Positions 52,656 through 62,197 of a stretch of DNA of 64,000 nucleotides are shown here, one piece after another; positions within the stretch are counted from its first letter, which is position 1; every line of letters starts with the position of its first letter. The stretch lies in the NCBI GenBank assembly GCA_004293905.1, contig RDZE01000021.1:28769-92768 (forward strand), read 5' to 3'. The DNA comes from Cytophagales bacterium (GTDB lineage: Bacteria; Bacteroidota; Bacteroidia; Cytophagales; Microscillaceae). Below the pieces are notes generated by a model that saw only the letters and a program-made list of their open reading frames with translations, made no database searches and had not been told where the DNA came from. Made by a program: the position numbers and the translations under genes.

Positions 52656-52940
52656 TTATGCTTTTTCGCTTTCGCTGTCGTTTTCGTCTTTTTTAATTTT
52701 TTTTACGTATTGATTTATGTTATCAATCGTTGATTTTGCTTGTTCGCTGATTTTCTCCACGTTTTTGTTTAGTTCGTGCTTTAGGTTTCTTGTGGTTTCA
52801 TCTAATTTTTTGCTGATGTCATCTATTTTTTGACGTGCATTTTGTTTTCTTTCATCGTTGGTGATGATGATACCTACTGTTATGCCTGCAAAGAAGCCTG
52901 CTACGAAGCCCCAAATGAGATTTTCACTGTTATTGCTCAT
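52656..52940 (-). CDS. YtxH-domain protein
   Basis: 94 aa. N-terminal hydrophobic GFVAGFFAGITVGIIIT followed by a charged helical repeat region. Confidence 0.65.
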   Translation of the reverse strand: MSNNSENLIWGFVAGFFAGITVGIIITNDERKQNARQKIDDISKKLDETTRNLKHELNKNVEKISEQAKSTIDNINQYVKKIKKDENDSESEKA

Positions 52941-52998
52941 AGTTTTATTATCGTTTATTTGATTTTGGGTATAAAGGTAGTATATTTTTATTATTTTG

Positions 52999-54015
52999 TC
53001 AAATATCTTGCACTAATAAATTACAGCCTCTTATTTCGCTGTGGTCGGTTCTGCCTAATACTTTAAATTGTTGTGGGTGGTCATTTTTTTCGCCTATATC
53101 TTGTGTTGCGATGAATGCGCAACTGTGAAAATTGGCTAAGTCAATAATGTTGATAACTCCTCTTTTGAGTTTGGGATTGGTTTGTAGTGGGTCGTCTGTT
53201 TCGCGGAGTAGTATTTTGAGCCATTGTGGGGCTTCGAAATATTGGTTGGGTTGCAGATAGGCTTGTGATAGGAGTTCGGTCATTCCGTATTCGGAGTGAA
53301 TGCGTTGGAGGGGTAGTTGTTTTAGTAGTTGTTGGTGTAATTCTTCGCGGAGTAGTTCTTTTCGGCGTCCTTTCATGCCTCCTGTTTCCATTACGATTGT
53401 TTGTAGGGGTAGTTTTTGGGGTGGGTCTTTTTCTATCCATTCTAAGAGCGCGAAACTGACACCTATGACAAGTGTTTTTTTTGTGTTTTTTTCTTCTGCT
53501 ATTTGTTTTAGCTTTTGGTTCAGTTCGGATAGGTTGTAGAGGTAAAAGTCTGAATGTGGGGAGTTTGTTTTTTTTATAAAATCTTGCACCATATAGATAA
53601 GCGATGAGTTTTCGCGCTCTAAATAGGAGGGTAATAGTGCTAAAATATGGTATTGTGATAGTGCTCCATAGTACTTTTCGAAGATATTTTGGGCGTTTTG
53701 CAAATAAAAATCGGGGTTGCTAACGTAGTGTTTGCTGCTGAGGTCGCTGGTGGTTCGGCTACTTTCAAAGCATATTTTTGGTGTTTGGTTTTCGCAGAGT
53801 ATTGTGTGGTTTTTAAATAATTCTATGGGCAAAAAAGGGATGTCTGTAATCCGATTAATTTTTGTTATATTTATGTTGAGGTGTTTTATGAATTGAGCGT
53901 AAATAGGGTTTTTTTGGGCTTGGTATCTGAAAAGCTCAAGTGTGATTGTTTCAAACTCTTGTGGTTTGATTTGGAAGATATTTTTTTCGAGATAGTGAAT
54001 GATGTTGTCTTTCAC
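52999..54015 (-). CDS. LuxE/PaaK-like acyl-adenylate-forming enzyme (annotated in relatives as acyl transferase)
   Basis: 338 aa. The start codon at 54015 is GTG (read directly) and there is no early ATG. N-terminal FETITLELFRYQAQKNPIYAQF and METGGMKGRRKEL blocks fit the LuxE-like family, from memory. Confidence 0.45.
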   Translation of the reverse strand: MKDNIIHYLEKNIFQIKPQEFETITLELFRYQAQKNPIYAQFIKHLNINITKINRITDIPFLPIELFKNHTILCENQTPKICFESSRTTSDLSSKHYVSNPDFYLQNAQNIFEKYYGALSQYHILALLPSYLERENSSLIYMVQDFIKKTNSPHSDFYLYNLSELNQKLKQIAEEKNTKKTLVIGVSFALLEWIEKDPPQKLPLQTIVMETGGMKGRRKELLREELHQQLLKQLPLQRIHSEYGMTELLSQAYLQPNQYFEAPQWLKILLRETDDPLQTNPKLKRGVINIIDLANFHSCAFIATQDIGEKNDHPQQFKVLGRTDHSEIRGCNLLVQDI

Positions 54016-54022
54016 TGAAGGT

Positions 54023-55168
54023 TTATTTTTGTGTTTTTAGGATAGTACCTTCTGCTACTTCTCTGAACCCTTCGTCTATAAGTTGCTCATTTCCTTTGAG
54101 TCCCTTGTTGATGAGTGTTTTTTCTTTGTAGCTTTCACCTTTTTCCACTTCTATTCGTTTGGCTTTGAGAACGTTATTTTCTTTGACTGCAATGTACACA
54201 AAGTATCCGCTTTTGTCATTTTGGAGTAGGCGTGTGGGCACGGTGATGGCATTTTCTTTTTCGTAGTTTTTAAGTCTTATAGTAGCAAGGAGGTCGGGTT
54301 TGAGTAGGTCGTTATCGTTGCTGATGGCTACTTCTATTCTGAAAGTACGGTTGTCGGGATTGATTACCTGCCCAATGGTGGAAACGGTGGCTTGTTTCTC
54401 GATACCTAATGAGGGAAATTCTACAGTTACTGCATCGCCTCGTTTTATTTTTCCGAGGTATTTTTCAGATACATCAGCAACTACTTGCATTTGGTTATTG
54501 CTTACTAAGCGCATCAATTGCATACCGGGCATGGCATTTTGCCCTACTTTGATGAACACTTCATCTATAACGCCACTAAAAGGGGCTCTTACATTGGAGA
54601 GTTCTAATTGGGCATATAGGGTTTGGAGTTGTTTTTCGAGGCGTTCTTTGTTGTTTTTCGCTTGTAAATATTGTATTTCCGTTCCTATTTTTTGTTCCCA
54701 GAGGCTTTTTTGTTTCTCATAAACTATGTTGGCTAAGTCTATAGCTGTTTTTACTTCTTCTATGGAGCGTTGTACTACGGAATTGTCTTGGTTCATGAGT
54801 ACTTGTCCTGCGCCTACATTTTGCCCTTCTTTTACATAGAGGGCTTTTACTAAACCGGGTGTTTCACTGCTTAATATTACGTTGTTGTCAGTTTCTACTT
54901 TTCCTTTTACCTCTATGAAGTGCGTAAATGTACTTTGGTTGATGGTAGAAAGTGTAACTAAAACATTTTGCTCATTATTTTTTTTGAAATTGGGGTCTAA
55001 GGCAGCGATTTCTTTTTCAAGGGTTGCAATTTCTGCTTTTATTATTTCCAATTGGCTTTGCTTTTCTTTGAGCATTTTTTTCTTACTAGCAAGGTCATCG
55101 TTTGCGCCTCCACAGGCTTGTAATAATAATAATAACAATAAGAAAAATAGGGAAGTGATTTTTTTCAT
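54023..55168 (-). CDS. Efflux-transporter periplasmic adaptor subunit (HlyD/RND MFP family)
   Basis: The track start at 55192 is TTG. The ATG at 55168 gives the lipoprotein signal MKKITSLFFLLLLLLLQACGG. Coiled-coil hairpin, lipoyl-like blocks (VKALYVKEGQNVGAGQVLM; FSGVIDEVFIKVGQNAMPGMQLMRL) and a beta-barrel. No pump gene is adjacent. Confidence 0.75.
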   Translation of the reverse strand: MKKITSLFFLLLLLLLQACGGANDDLASKKKMLKEKQSQLEIIKAEIATLEKEIAALDPNFKKNNEQNVLVTLSTINQSTFTHFIEVKGKVETDNNVILSSETPGLVKALYVKEGQNVGAGQVLMNQDNSVVQRSIEEVKTAIDLANIVYEKQKSLWEQKIGTEIQYLQAKNNKERLEKQLQTLYAQLELSNVRAPFSGVIDEVFIKVGQNAMPGMQLMRLVSNNQMQVVADVSEKYLGKIKRGDAVTVEFPSLGIEKQATVSTIGQVINPDNRTFRIEVAISNDNDLLKPDLLATIRLKNYEKENAITVPTRLLQNDKSGYFVYIAVKENNVLKAKRIEVEKGESYKEKTLINKGLKGNEQLIDEGFREVAEGTILKTQK

Positions 55169-55187
55169 ATTTTGTTTAAAAAAAGTG

Positions 55188-55224
55188 TGCAATGCGGTTG
55201 CAATATTACTAAAAAAAATGCAAT
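55188..55224. repeat. Three TGCAAT hexamers in the divergent intergenic region
   Basis: TGCAAT at 55188..55193, 55199..55204 and 55219..55224, between the adaptor gene (minus) and crtZ (plus). Confidence 0.5.
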
Positions 55225-55291
55225 TTGCTATTTCTAAAACATTCCTTTTTCTAACTTTGTTTCTTATATTGAGAACAAACTTTTAAAAATA

Positions 55292-55753
55292 ATGACTTAT
55301 ATAGATTTGATGATTCGTTTTTCCCTAATCGTTGGCACTTTTTTTCTAATGGAAGGGGTAGCTTGGGCTACTCACAAATATATAATGCATGGTTTTTTAT
55401 GGCGTTGGCATGCATCTCATCATCAGCCTCATGAAGGTTTTTTTGAAAAAAATGACTATTTCGCGGTCGTTTTCAGTGTTCCTTCTGTGCTTACGATGGT
55501 AGTTGGGGCAGAAGTTCCTTTTTTATGGTTTTTGTTTCCGATAGGCATTGGGATATTGGCGTATGGTATTTTTTATGTTGTTTTTCATGATATTATTGTG
55601 CATAGACGTGTAAGAATTAGGTTTGTAGCAAAAAGTCGTTATCTAAGACGTATGATTCGTGCGCACAAGGTGCATCATCAGTGCCGAGATAAGGAGGGTG
55701 CAGAGGCTTTTGGTTTTTTGTATGCGCCCAAAAAATATGAACCCATAGATTAA
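55292..55753 (+). CDS. crtZ: Beta-carotene hydroxylase (fatty-acid hydroxylase superfamily)
   Basis: 153 aa. Four His boxes: HKYIMH, HASHH, HDIIVH, HKVHH. Confidence 0.85.
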   Translation: MTYIDLMIRFSLIVGTFFLMEGVAWATHKYIMHGFLWRWHASHHQPHEGFFEKNDYFAVVFSVPSVLTMVVGAEVPFLWFLFPIGIGILAYGIFYVVFHDIIVHRRVRIRFVAKSRYLRRMIRAHKVHHQCRDKEGAEAFGFLYAPKKYEPID

Positions 55754-55756
55754 GCC

Positions 55757-57535
55757 ATGTTTCCTTCGCATGTGGCTCATTTGGTAGCCCTACTGTACCA
55801 AAAAAATGTACGTCAAGTGGTACTTTCTCCGGGTTCGCGCGTAGCACCGCTTACATTGGCATTTGTTCGGCATGGAGGCTTTGAGGTCTACACAATGAGT
55901 GATGAGCGTTCGGCGGCATTTATGGCGTTAGGTTTGGCGCAAAAAAAGTTAAAAGATTTTGAAACTGAAAAAGACAATGCCCTCTGCTTGGTGGCTTTAG
56001 CTTGTACTTCGGGTACGGCTGTGCTGAATTACGCACCTGCTGTAGCAGAGGCTTTTTACCAAGAAATACCTTTGATAGTGCTTACTGCTGACCGACCGCC
56101 TGAGTGGATAGACCAACAAGATGGGCAGGCAATTAGGCAGATGCATGTGTATGGAGCACACGTGAAGAAAAGTGTTGATATTGCGGCTGATACCTATATG
56201 CGAGCAGAAGCTATTTGGTACATGGAGCGGCTGTGCAATGAGTCTATACAGTGTGCTATAGAATCGCCACGTGCTGCTGTGCATTTTAATTTGCCTTTCC
56301 GTGAGCCTTTTTACCCTGATATTGACGAAATTTTTACGTTTCCTTCTTCTTCTCAGATTCGAACTATTCAGAAAATCATACCTCCTTCTACACTCTCTAC
56401 CACAGTTTGGGAAACGTTGTTTTCTCTTTGGGAACAAGCCGAACGAAAAATGATAGTGGCAGCTCAAATGTTTCCTTCGGAAAGGCTTAAAAATAGCTTA
56501 CAGAGAATAGTGCAGGAGTATAAAATTCCTCTTATTGCTGATACAGTGGCTAATTTACACACTATAGAGGGCACTATACAAGCGCACGAATTGATTCTTT
56601 TTAAACCTGATGCAACTTTTCGTCCCGATTTGTTGATTACATTTGGTAAATCATTGATTGCCAAGCCTTTAAAGATGTTTTTGCGTCAATACCAACCCAA
56701 ATGGCATATTCATATTCAGGAGGGTGGCTGGGCGGCTGATACTTTTCAAACGCTTACGCACCAAGTGGCAATGTGTCCTGCGTCTTTTTTCGAGCAATGG
56801 TACGAAGCCTTAGAATATCAGTACAAATTGGAAGATGAGAATGAGGAAAATGAAGCCTTTTTTCAGCGTTGGCAAACGGCTAATCAGCGAGCAATGCGTT
56901 ATTTGTGGCAGGAATTTAACTTTAAGGGGGATTTTTCGGCTTTGGCGGCAACTAAAATAATTTTAGATACTTTGCCTAATGTTCCTTTGCACTTACATGT
57001 AGCCAATAGTATGGCGGTCAGATACCTTAATTATTGGGGTATAGAACGAACTCAAACAGAACTGACTGTATTTGCCAATAGGGGTACGAGTGGCATAGAA
57101 GGGAGCAGTAGTACTGCGGTAGGTTGTGCATTGGCTGATAGGGATACACTTACACTCCTTATTACGGGCGATTTGGCTTTTTTCTACGATAGAAATGCTT
57201 TTTGGCACAATTACCCATTGCCTAACTTGCGTATCATTGTGCTCAATGACCAAGGAGGGGGAATTTTTCGTATTATCAAAGGTCCGAGAGAGCAACCTGA
57301 ATTAGACGAGTTTTTTGAAACAAAACAAATGCTAAATGCTTCCCTTACCAGTCAAGATTTTATGATGGACTATACAAAAGTGGATAATGAACAGGATTTA
57401 AAAAACGCGCTTACTCATTTTTTTGAACCTCATACCAATGCCAAAATTTTAGAAATAGCCTTTGACAGCACTGTCAATGCTGAGGCTGTAAAAAAAATGC
57501 TCAATAATTACCAAAATCCCTCCATCTCTTTATGA
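55757..57535 (+). CDS. menD: 2-succinyl-5-enolpyruvyl-6-hydroxy-3-cyclohexene-1-carboxylate synthase
   Basis: 592 aa. LSPGSRVAPLTLAF, CTSGTAVLNYAPAVAEA, and ThDP-binding GTSGIEGSSSTAVG ... GDLAFFYDRN. Confidence 0.85.
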   Translation: MFPSHVAHLVALLYQKNVRQVVLSPGSRVAPLTLAFVRHGGFEVYTMSDERSAAFMALGLAQKKLKDFETEKDNALCLVALACTSGTAVLNYAPAVAEAFYQEIPLIVLTADRPPEWIDQQDGQAIRQMHVYGAHVKKSVDIAADTYMRAEAIWYMERLCNESIQCAIESPRAAVHFNLPFREPFYPDIDEIFTFPSSSQIRTIQKIIPPSTLSTTVWETLFSLWEQAERKMIVAAQMFPSERLKNSLQRIVQEYKIPLIADTVANLHTIEGTIQAHELILFKPDATFRPDLLITFGKSLIAKPLKMFLRQYQPKWHIHIQEGGWAADTFQTLTHQVAMCPASFFEQWYEALEYQYKLEDENEENEAFFQRWQTANQRAMRYLWQEFNFKGDFSALAATKIILDTLPNVPLHLHVANSMAVRYLNYWGIERTQTELTVFANRGTSGIEGSSSTAVGCALADRDTLTLLITGDLAFFYDRNAFWHNYPLPNLRIIVLNDQGGGIFRIIKGPREQPELDEFFETKQMLNASLTSQDFMMDYTKVDNEQDLKNALTHFFEPHTNAKILEIAFDSTVNAEAVKKMLNNYQNPSISL

Positions 57536-58224
57536 CGATTAAATGCTATTTTTTACTTTGCGTATATTTGTTTTTGAATTTTAACTCTCTTTTTGCGCAG
57601 CTACCAAGCAATTCAAAATGGCGAGCAGAAGGCTCGTGGGCGCATGCTTCCGAAAAGTTCCAAATTTCAGCCTCGTTGCATCGTATTCATTCGATTGCCT
57701 TGAAGCAGAAGTTCAGTATAGGCTACGGACTACGTTTTTCGTTTTTTGAAGGCAGAGCACTCAATTATATTTCTGCCCCTCCTTTATTGGCGGCTGACCA
57801 AAGTAAACAAGCTCAATGGTATTTGAATGATGCACAAGTCAATTTTCTTAATCTTGAAATACATTTGCACTATCAACTTTTGCCAAGAATAGAGTTAGGG
57901 TTTAATATAGATGCTTTGGGACTGAGTTGGGGAGCACCCAAAGAAGGTATTTTGAATTTGAACAATGGCACTCAACAGTTGCATAGAGGCACTCCTACTG
58001 CCTACAATATTTTATTGATTGGCAATGCCGATGTAGGGAGTTTGAATGCGAATAGTTACATAGTTTACCGAGTCAATCAACATTGGGGAGTAGGTTTGAG
58101 TTATAGTCATTTATATACAGAGTATACCTTAGACCAAAAAGTAGTGGCTAACTTTGAAAATGACCGTTTTAGGAATAAATCTTGGTTGTTGAGATGGGTT
58201 GTACGGTATTATTTTGGCAATTAA
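57532..58224 (+). CDS. Hypothetical secreted protein, possibly outer-membrane beta-barrel
   Basis: 230 aa. Signal peptide CYFLLCVYLFLNFNSLFAQ. Alternating hydrophobic/aromatic beta-strand-like pattern. ATGA overlap with menD. Confidence 0.4.
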   Translation: MTIKCYFLLCVYLFLNFNSLFAQLPSNSKWRAEGSWAHASEKFQISASLHRIHSIALKQKFSIGYGLRFSFFEGRALNYISAPPLLAADQSKQAQWYLNDAQVNFLNLEIHLHYQLLPRIELGFNIDALGLSWGAPKEGILNLNNGTQQLHRGTPTAYNILLIGNADVGSLNANSYIVYRVNQHWGVGLSYSHLYTEYTLDQKVVANFENDRFRNKSWLLRWVVRYYFGN

Positions 58225-58239
58225 GCAAGGAGGAATAAA

Positions 58240-58282
58240 AACAATAAAGCAGGCTTCTTATGAATCAACCTGCTTTATTGTT
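58240..58282. terminator. Bidirectional terminator, 14-bp perfect stem
   Basis: aacaataaagcagg (58240..58253) / cctgctttattgtt (58269..58282), between convergent genes. Confidence 0.75.
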
Positions 58283-58303
58283 ATGTTATATTGTTACTAT
58301 TGT

Positions 58304-59638
58304 TTATTCTAAGTCATCTGCCCAATTGAATCTATCAGAGGGAGAGAATTTCCAAGGAGCCATATTATTTTCTATGTTTGCAAACATAGAGTTCCAAGAA
58401 GCGGGGGCGGCTGTTTCTTCCATAGCTATGTGGCGGCGTAATTCCATAATGATAGACAAAGGGTCTATATTTACAGGGCAAGCCTCAACACAAGCGTTGC
58501 AAGTGTTACAAGCCATTAGTTCTTCTTTGGAAATGTATTTATCGCTATAGAGGCTTTCTCCTTCGGCTAAGGCTTCTTCTTGTGTTTTTCCTTTTGCTAC
58601 CAAAGTGCCTACTTCTTCCATACGGTCGCGGGTGTCCATCATTACTTTGCGAGGCGAAAGTTTTTTACCTGTTTGGTTAGCAGGACATTGTGCGGTGCAT
58701 CTTCCGCACTCCGTACAAGAATAGGCATCAAGGAGGCTCTTCCAAGATAAATCATTGATGTCTTTTGCCCCAAATTTTACCTCACCTGCTTCTACGCCAT
58801 CATCATTCATGAGCCCCATTGCTATTTTTACCTCTTTAGTGATGGATTCCATATTATTAAATTTACCTAAATCGTCTAAGTTAGAGAAATAAGTATTGGG
58901 GAAAGCCATGAAAATATGCAAGTGTTTGGAATAAGTAACATAAGCGGCAAAACAGAATATGCCAATGATATGAAACCACCAACCTACGCGCTCAACTACT
59001 ATGAGGCTGGTTTCGCTCAACGAAGATAAAAGAGGAATAAGGAACTGACTAAAAGCAAATGCACCTGTGATAGGGTAGTGTTCCGCGCCTTTAGTTTGCA
59101 AAATTGCATCGGCAGCGTTCATCGTTAGAATCGCAATCATGAGTAAAATCTCAATCGTAAGAATGAGGTTTGCATCTAAACGAGGCCAAGCAGTCATTTC
59201 GGCTTTCCAGAAACGGTCTATTTTGAGCACATTTCTACGAATAAGAAATATAACACAGACTGTTATAACGCCAACGGCTAAAAATTCGAAAAAGCTAATG
59301 AGTACGTTATAAAATCCTCCTAAAAAAGGAGCAAAGAGGCGATGGCTTCCTGTCAAACCATCTAAAACGATTTCTAACACCTCTATATTGACTAACAAGA
59401 ACCCAGCGTAAATGACAAAGTGCATAATGCCTACTAAGGGTTTCTCGAACATTTTTTTCTGCCCAAATGCAATCAAAAACATTTTATTCCATCTTTTGCC
59501 TGCATTGTCAAAAGGTTGTGCGTGCGCTTTTCCTATTTTGATGTTATTGATAATGAAGAGTACTCTTTTGCGTATGAAAAAAGTAGCAACACCCAATATA
59601 AGTATGAAAGCTATTTGTTGAAGAAGATAAAAGCTCAT
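58304..59638 (-). CDS. Membrane-bound (Fe-S)-binding protein (heterodisulfide-reductase-related)
   Basis: 444 aa. Five or six N-terminal TM helices, then two 4Fe-4S ferredoxin motifs, CTECGRCTAQCP and CNTCNACVEACP. Confidence 0.8.
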   Translation of the reverse strand: MSFYLLQQIAFILILGVATFFIRKRVLFIINNIKIGKAHAQPFDNAGKRWNKMFLIAFGQKKMFEKPLVGIMHFVIYAGFLLVNIEVLEIVLDGLTGSHRLFAPFLGGFYNVLISFFEFLAVGVITVCVIFLIRRNVLKIDRFWKAEMTAWPRLDANLILTIEILLMIAILTMNAADAILQTKGAEHYPITGAFAFSQFLIPLLSSLSETSLIVVERVGWWFHIIGIFCFAAYVTYSKHLHIFMAFPNTYFSNLDDLGKFNNMESITKEVKIAMGLMNDDGVEAGEVKFGAKDINDLSWKSLLDAYSCTECGRCTAQCPANQTGKKLSPRKVMMDTRDRMEEVGTLVAKGKTQEEALAEGESLYSDKYISKEELMACNTCNACVEACPVNIDPLSIIMELRRHIAMEETAAPASWNSMFANIENNMAPWKFSPSDRFNWADDLE

Positions 59639-59697
59639 ATATCTGCTTAATTAATGATGATTTATTGTTCAAACATAATAAAAAAGTTAATAAATAG

Positions 59698-59705
59698 TAA
59701 CTTTG
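59698..59705 (+). promoter_or_regulatory. Candidate -7 promoter box TAACTTTG
   Basis: Exact TAnnTTTG match 27 nt upstream of the ATG at 59732. It lies inside the N-terminal extension proposed by the ORF track. Confidence 0.4.
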
Positions 59706-59731
59706 TCATCATAAAAATCTTATATTTTAGA

Positions 59732-60967
59732 ATGAGTATAAATAAGAAACCCTCTATTATTGTTGTAGGAGGAGGGGCTGCGGGCTTTTTTGCGGCGATT
59801 GCGGCTGCCGAAAACCAAGCCTATGAGGTCGTTTTATTGGAAAAAAGCACTAAATTGCTTTCAAAAGTAAAAATCTCAGGAGGTGGGCGTTGCAATGTTA
59901 CGCATCATACTTTCGATATCAAATATTTGCTGTCGCACTATCCGAGAGGGGCTCATTTTCTAAAAAAAGTATTTCAGCAATTTGGCGTTGCTGAAACGAT
60001 TGCTTGGTTTGAGCAGCGAGGCGTTGTACTAAAAGCTGAAAAAGATGGGCGAATGTTTCCTACTACTGACCAATCACAAACCATTATAGACTGCCTAATG
60101 AAAGAAGCTCGGAAACTGAATATTCTTATCCATACACAAGTAAGCATAGAGCAAATTTTACCTACAGAAGCGGGAAATTTTATATTGTTAGACAATCAAC
60201 AAAGGAAATGGCAGTGCCAAAAACTCATTATTGCTACTGGAGGTAGTCCTAAAACAGGTGGGCTCGATTGGCTTCGCTCTTTAGGAATTGGGGTAATAGC
60301 ACCTGTACCGTCTTTGTTCAGTTTTAATATGCCCAAAAACCCAATTTTATCATTGCAAGGTTGTGCAGTTCCGAAGGCTAAGGTGGTGCTTTGGGACACA
60401 AAACAACAGACTGAAGGGGCATTGTTGGTTACGCATTGGGGTATGAGTGGTCCTGCTGTCTTAAAACTTTCGGCTTGGGCGGCGCGCGAATTGGCAGCAC
60501 TTTCTTACCAAGCCAAAATCCGTGTCAATTGGTTGGCACTTTCCGAAGAAAATTTGCGTGAGCAACTCCAAAATTATAAACAGCAAATTGCCCAAAGAAC
60601 ATTAGGAGGGAAAAATCCTTTCTTATTGCCTGAGAGATTATGGCTTTTTTTGCTTCAAAAATACCAACTCAATGAGGCTAAAAAATGGGCAGATATTTCT
60701 AAAAAAGAGATGCACCAATGCGTAGAGGCTTTGTGCTACGATGCGTATCTGGTAGAGGGCAAAACTACCTTTAAGGAAGAATTTGTAACGGCAGGAGGCG
60801 TAGATGTAGGCGAAGTACAAGCCAAAGATATGCAAGCAAAAAGGATTCGTAATTTATATTTTGCAGGTGAAATATTGGATATTGATGGGGTTACGGGGGG
60901 CTTTAATTTTCAGGCGGCTTGGTCTACGGGGTACGTAGCGGGCAAATCTGCGGCTGACATTGAGTGA
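59732..60967 (+). CDS. NAD(P)/FAD-dependent oxidoreductase, HI0933/YhiN (BaiN-like) family
   Basis: The start is moved from 59654 to the ATG at 59732, so the Rossmann motif IIVVGGGAAGFFAAIAAAE is N-terminal. GGGRCNVTH block and C-terminal LYFAGEILDIDGVTGGFNFQ. Confidence 0.8.
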   Translation: MSINKKPSIIVVGGGAAGFFAAIAAAENQAYEVVLLEKSTKLLSKVKISGGGRCNVTHHTFDIKYLLSHYPRGAHFLKKVFQQFGVAETIAWFEQRGVVLKAEKDGRMFPTTDQSQTIIDCLMKEARKLNILIHTQVSIEQILPTEAGNFILLDNQQRKWQCQKLIIATGGSPKTGGLDWLRSLGIGVIAPVPSLFSFNMPKNPILSLQGCAVPKAKVVLWDTKQQTEGALLVTHWGMSGPAVLKLSAWAARELAALSYQAKIRVNWLALSEENLREQLQNYKQQIAQRTLGGKNPFLLPERLWLFLLQKYQLNEAKKWADISKKEMHQCVEALCYDAYLVEGKTTFKEEFVTAGGVDVGEVQAKDMQAKRIRNLYFAGEILDIDGVTGGFNFQAAWSTGYVAGKSAADIE

Positions 60968-60978
60968 GGAAGGAAGAA

Positions 60979-62190
60979 TTAAAGATAATACATAATAATG
61001 GTCTCGATGATGCCTGCCAAAAGTGCCAATACAATCAGAAAAGGTTGTGAAATTTTAGTAAAAGTAAGTGCTAAGGCAGAGCCTATTACCAAACTTACAT
61101 TTACCCAAGACATACCTTGAGGCTCTAAAAAAATGACAGCCGCCGCAATCACTAAACCCGCGTTTGCCGCCTGAATACCCTCCAAAGATGCCTTGATAAA
61201 GCGATATTTTTTCAATTCGCCCCACATACGAATCACAAAAAATATAAGGAATGTACCAGGTAAAAAAATACCTGCTGCCGAAGCCACCCCTGCGATTATT
61301 TGCCCTAAAGTACCTTGTTGCTCATGGATAGAAAGTGCTCCAATATAGGCTGTAAATGAAAAAACAGGACCAGGAACTAACTGCGCCATACCATAACCCG
61401 ACAAAAATTCTTCTTTTGTGAGAAATTCTTTGAAATCGACAAACTCCGTAAAAAGAACAGGCATCAGCACCTGCCCACCTCCGAATACAAAACTACCATT
61501 GCGGTAAAAATTGACAAACAAACGCAAAAAATCATCTCCCGTAATTTCAGCCAATAGCCAACTTAAGACCATCATACCCCAATACAGATTGAACCCTGTC
61601 CAATTGATTTTGATGATAGGAGGTTGCTCCTCTTTGGGTAGGTTGCGAAAGCGTAAAAAAGAAGTAATGAGCCCCCCAATGATTACTGCCAAAGGAAAAA
61701 CCCAAGGGCTACGGATATAATAACCTACTATAGAAGTGATGAAAATGAGCACAAAAGTAGTTTTAGTACCCCATACCAATTGTGTAATACGCAACGCGGA
61801 AAAACATACAAAACCCACTGCCACAGGTTGCACATATACCAAAAAATGCATAGAAATAGCCTGTGTTTGGATAAAATGGATAAAAATAGCCATCAAAATC
61901 ATCAAAACAACTGAAGGCAAACACCAAACAATGAGAGTAAGGTATGCCAAGCGAATGCCCCCTTTCTGAAAGCCAATGGCAACTATTGTTTGTGAGGAAC
62001 TCGGACCAGGGAGTATATTACAAAGTGCATTCAATTCCAAAAACTCATCTTCGTTTAAGTATTTCCGTTTTGCGACTAATAAATCTAAAAATAAGGAAAT
62101 ATGCACCTGCGGACCTCCAAAGGCAGAGCAAGCAAGCCAAAGGACATCGCGCAGGAACAGAAAATAAGAGATATTGGAATGGGGTAGCAT
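60979..62190 (-). CDS. chrA: Chromate ion transporter (CHR family)
   Basis: 403 aa, duplicated CHR halves (AFGGPQVHISLF... and FVFGGGQVLMPVL...), 10 or more TM helices. Confidence 0.85.
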   Translation of the reverse strand: MLPHSNISYFLFLRDVLWLACSAFGGPQVHISLFLDLLVAKRKYLNEDEFLELNALCNILPGPSSSQTIVAIGFQKGGIRLAYLTLIVWCLPSVVLMILMAIFIHFIQTQAISMHFLVYVQPVAVGFVCFSALRITQLVWGTKTTFVLIFITSIVGYYIRSPWVFPLAVIIGGLITSFLRFRNLPKEEQPPIIKINWTGFNLYWGMMVLSWLLAEITGDDFLRLFVNFYRNGSFVFGGGQVLMPVLFTEFVDFKEFLTKEEFLSGYGMAQLVPGPVFSFTAYIGALSIHEQQGTLGQIIAGVASAAGIFLPGTFLIFFVIRMWGELKKYRFIKASLEGIQAANAGLVIAAAVIFLEPQGMSWVNVSLVIGSALALTFTKISQPFLIVLALLAGIIETIIMYYL

Positions 62191-62197
62191 GCGAAGG

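Noticed and set aside
53141-53440. 99-aa same-strand alternative-frame ORF rich in Thr/Pro/Arg/Asn
   Set aside because: It is embedded in the LuxE-like gene, and its low-complexity composition is typical of an off-frame read. I saw no promoter or terminator of its own.
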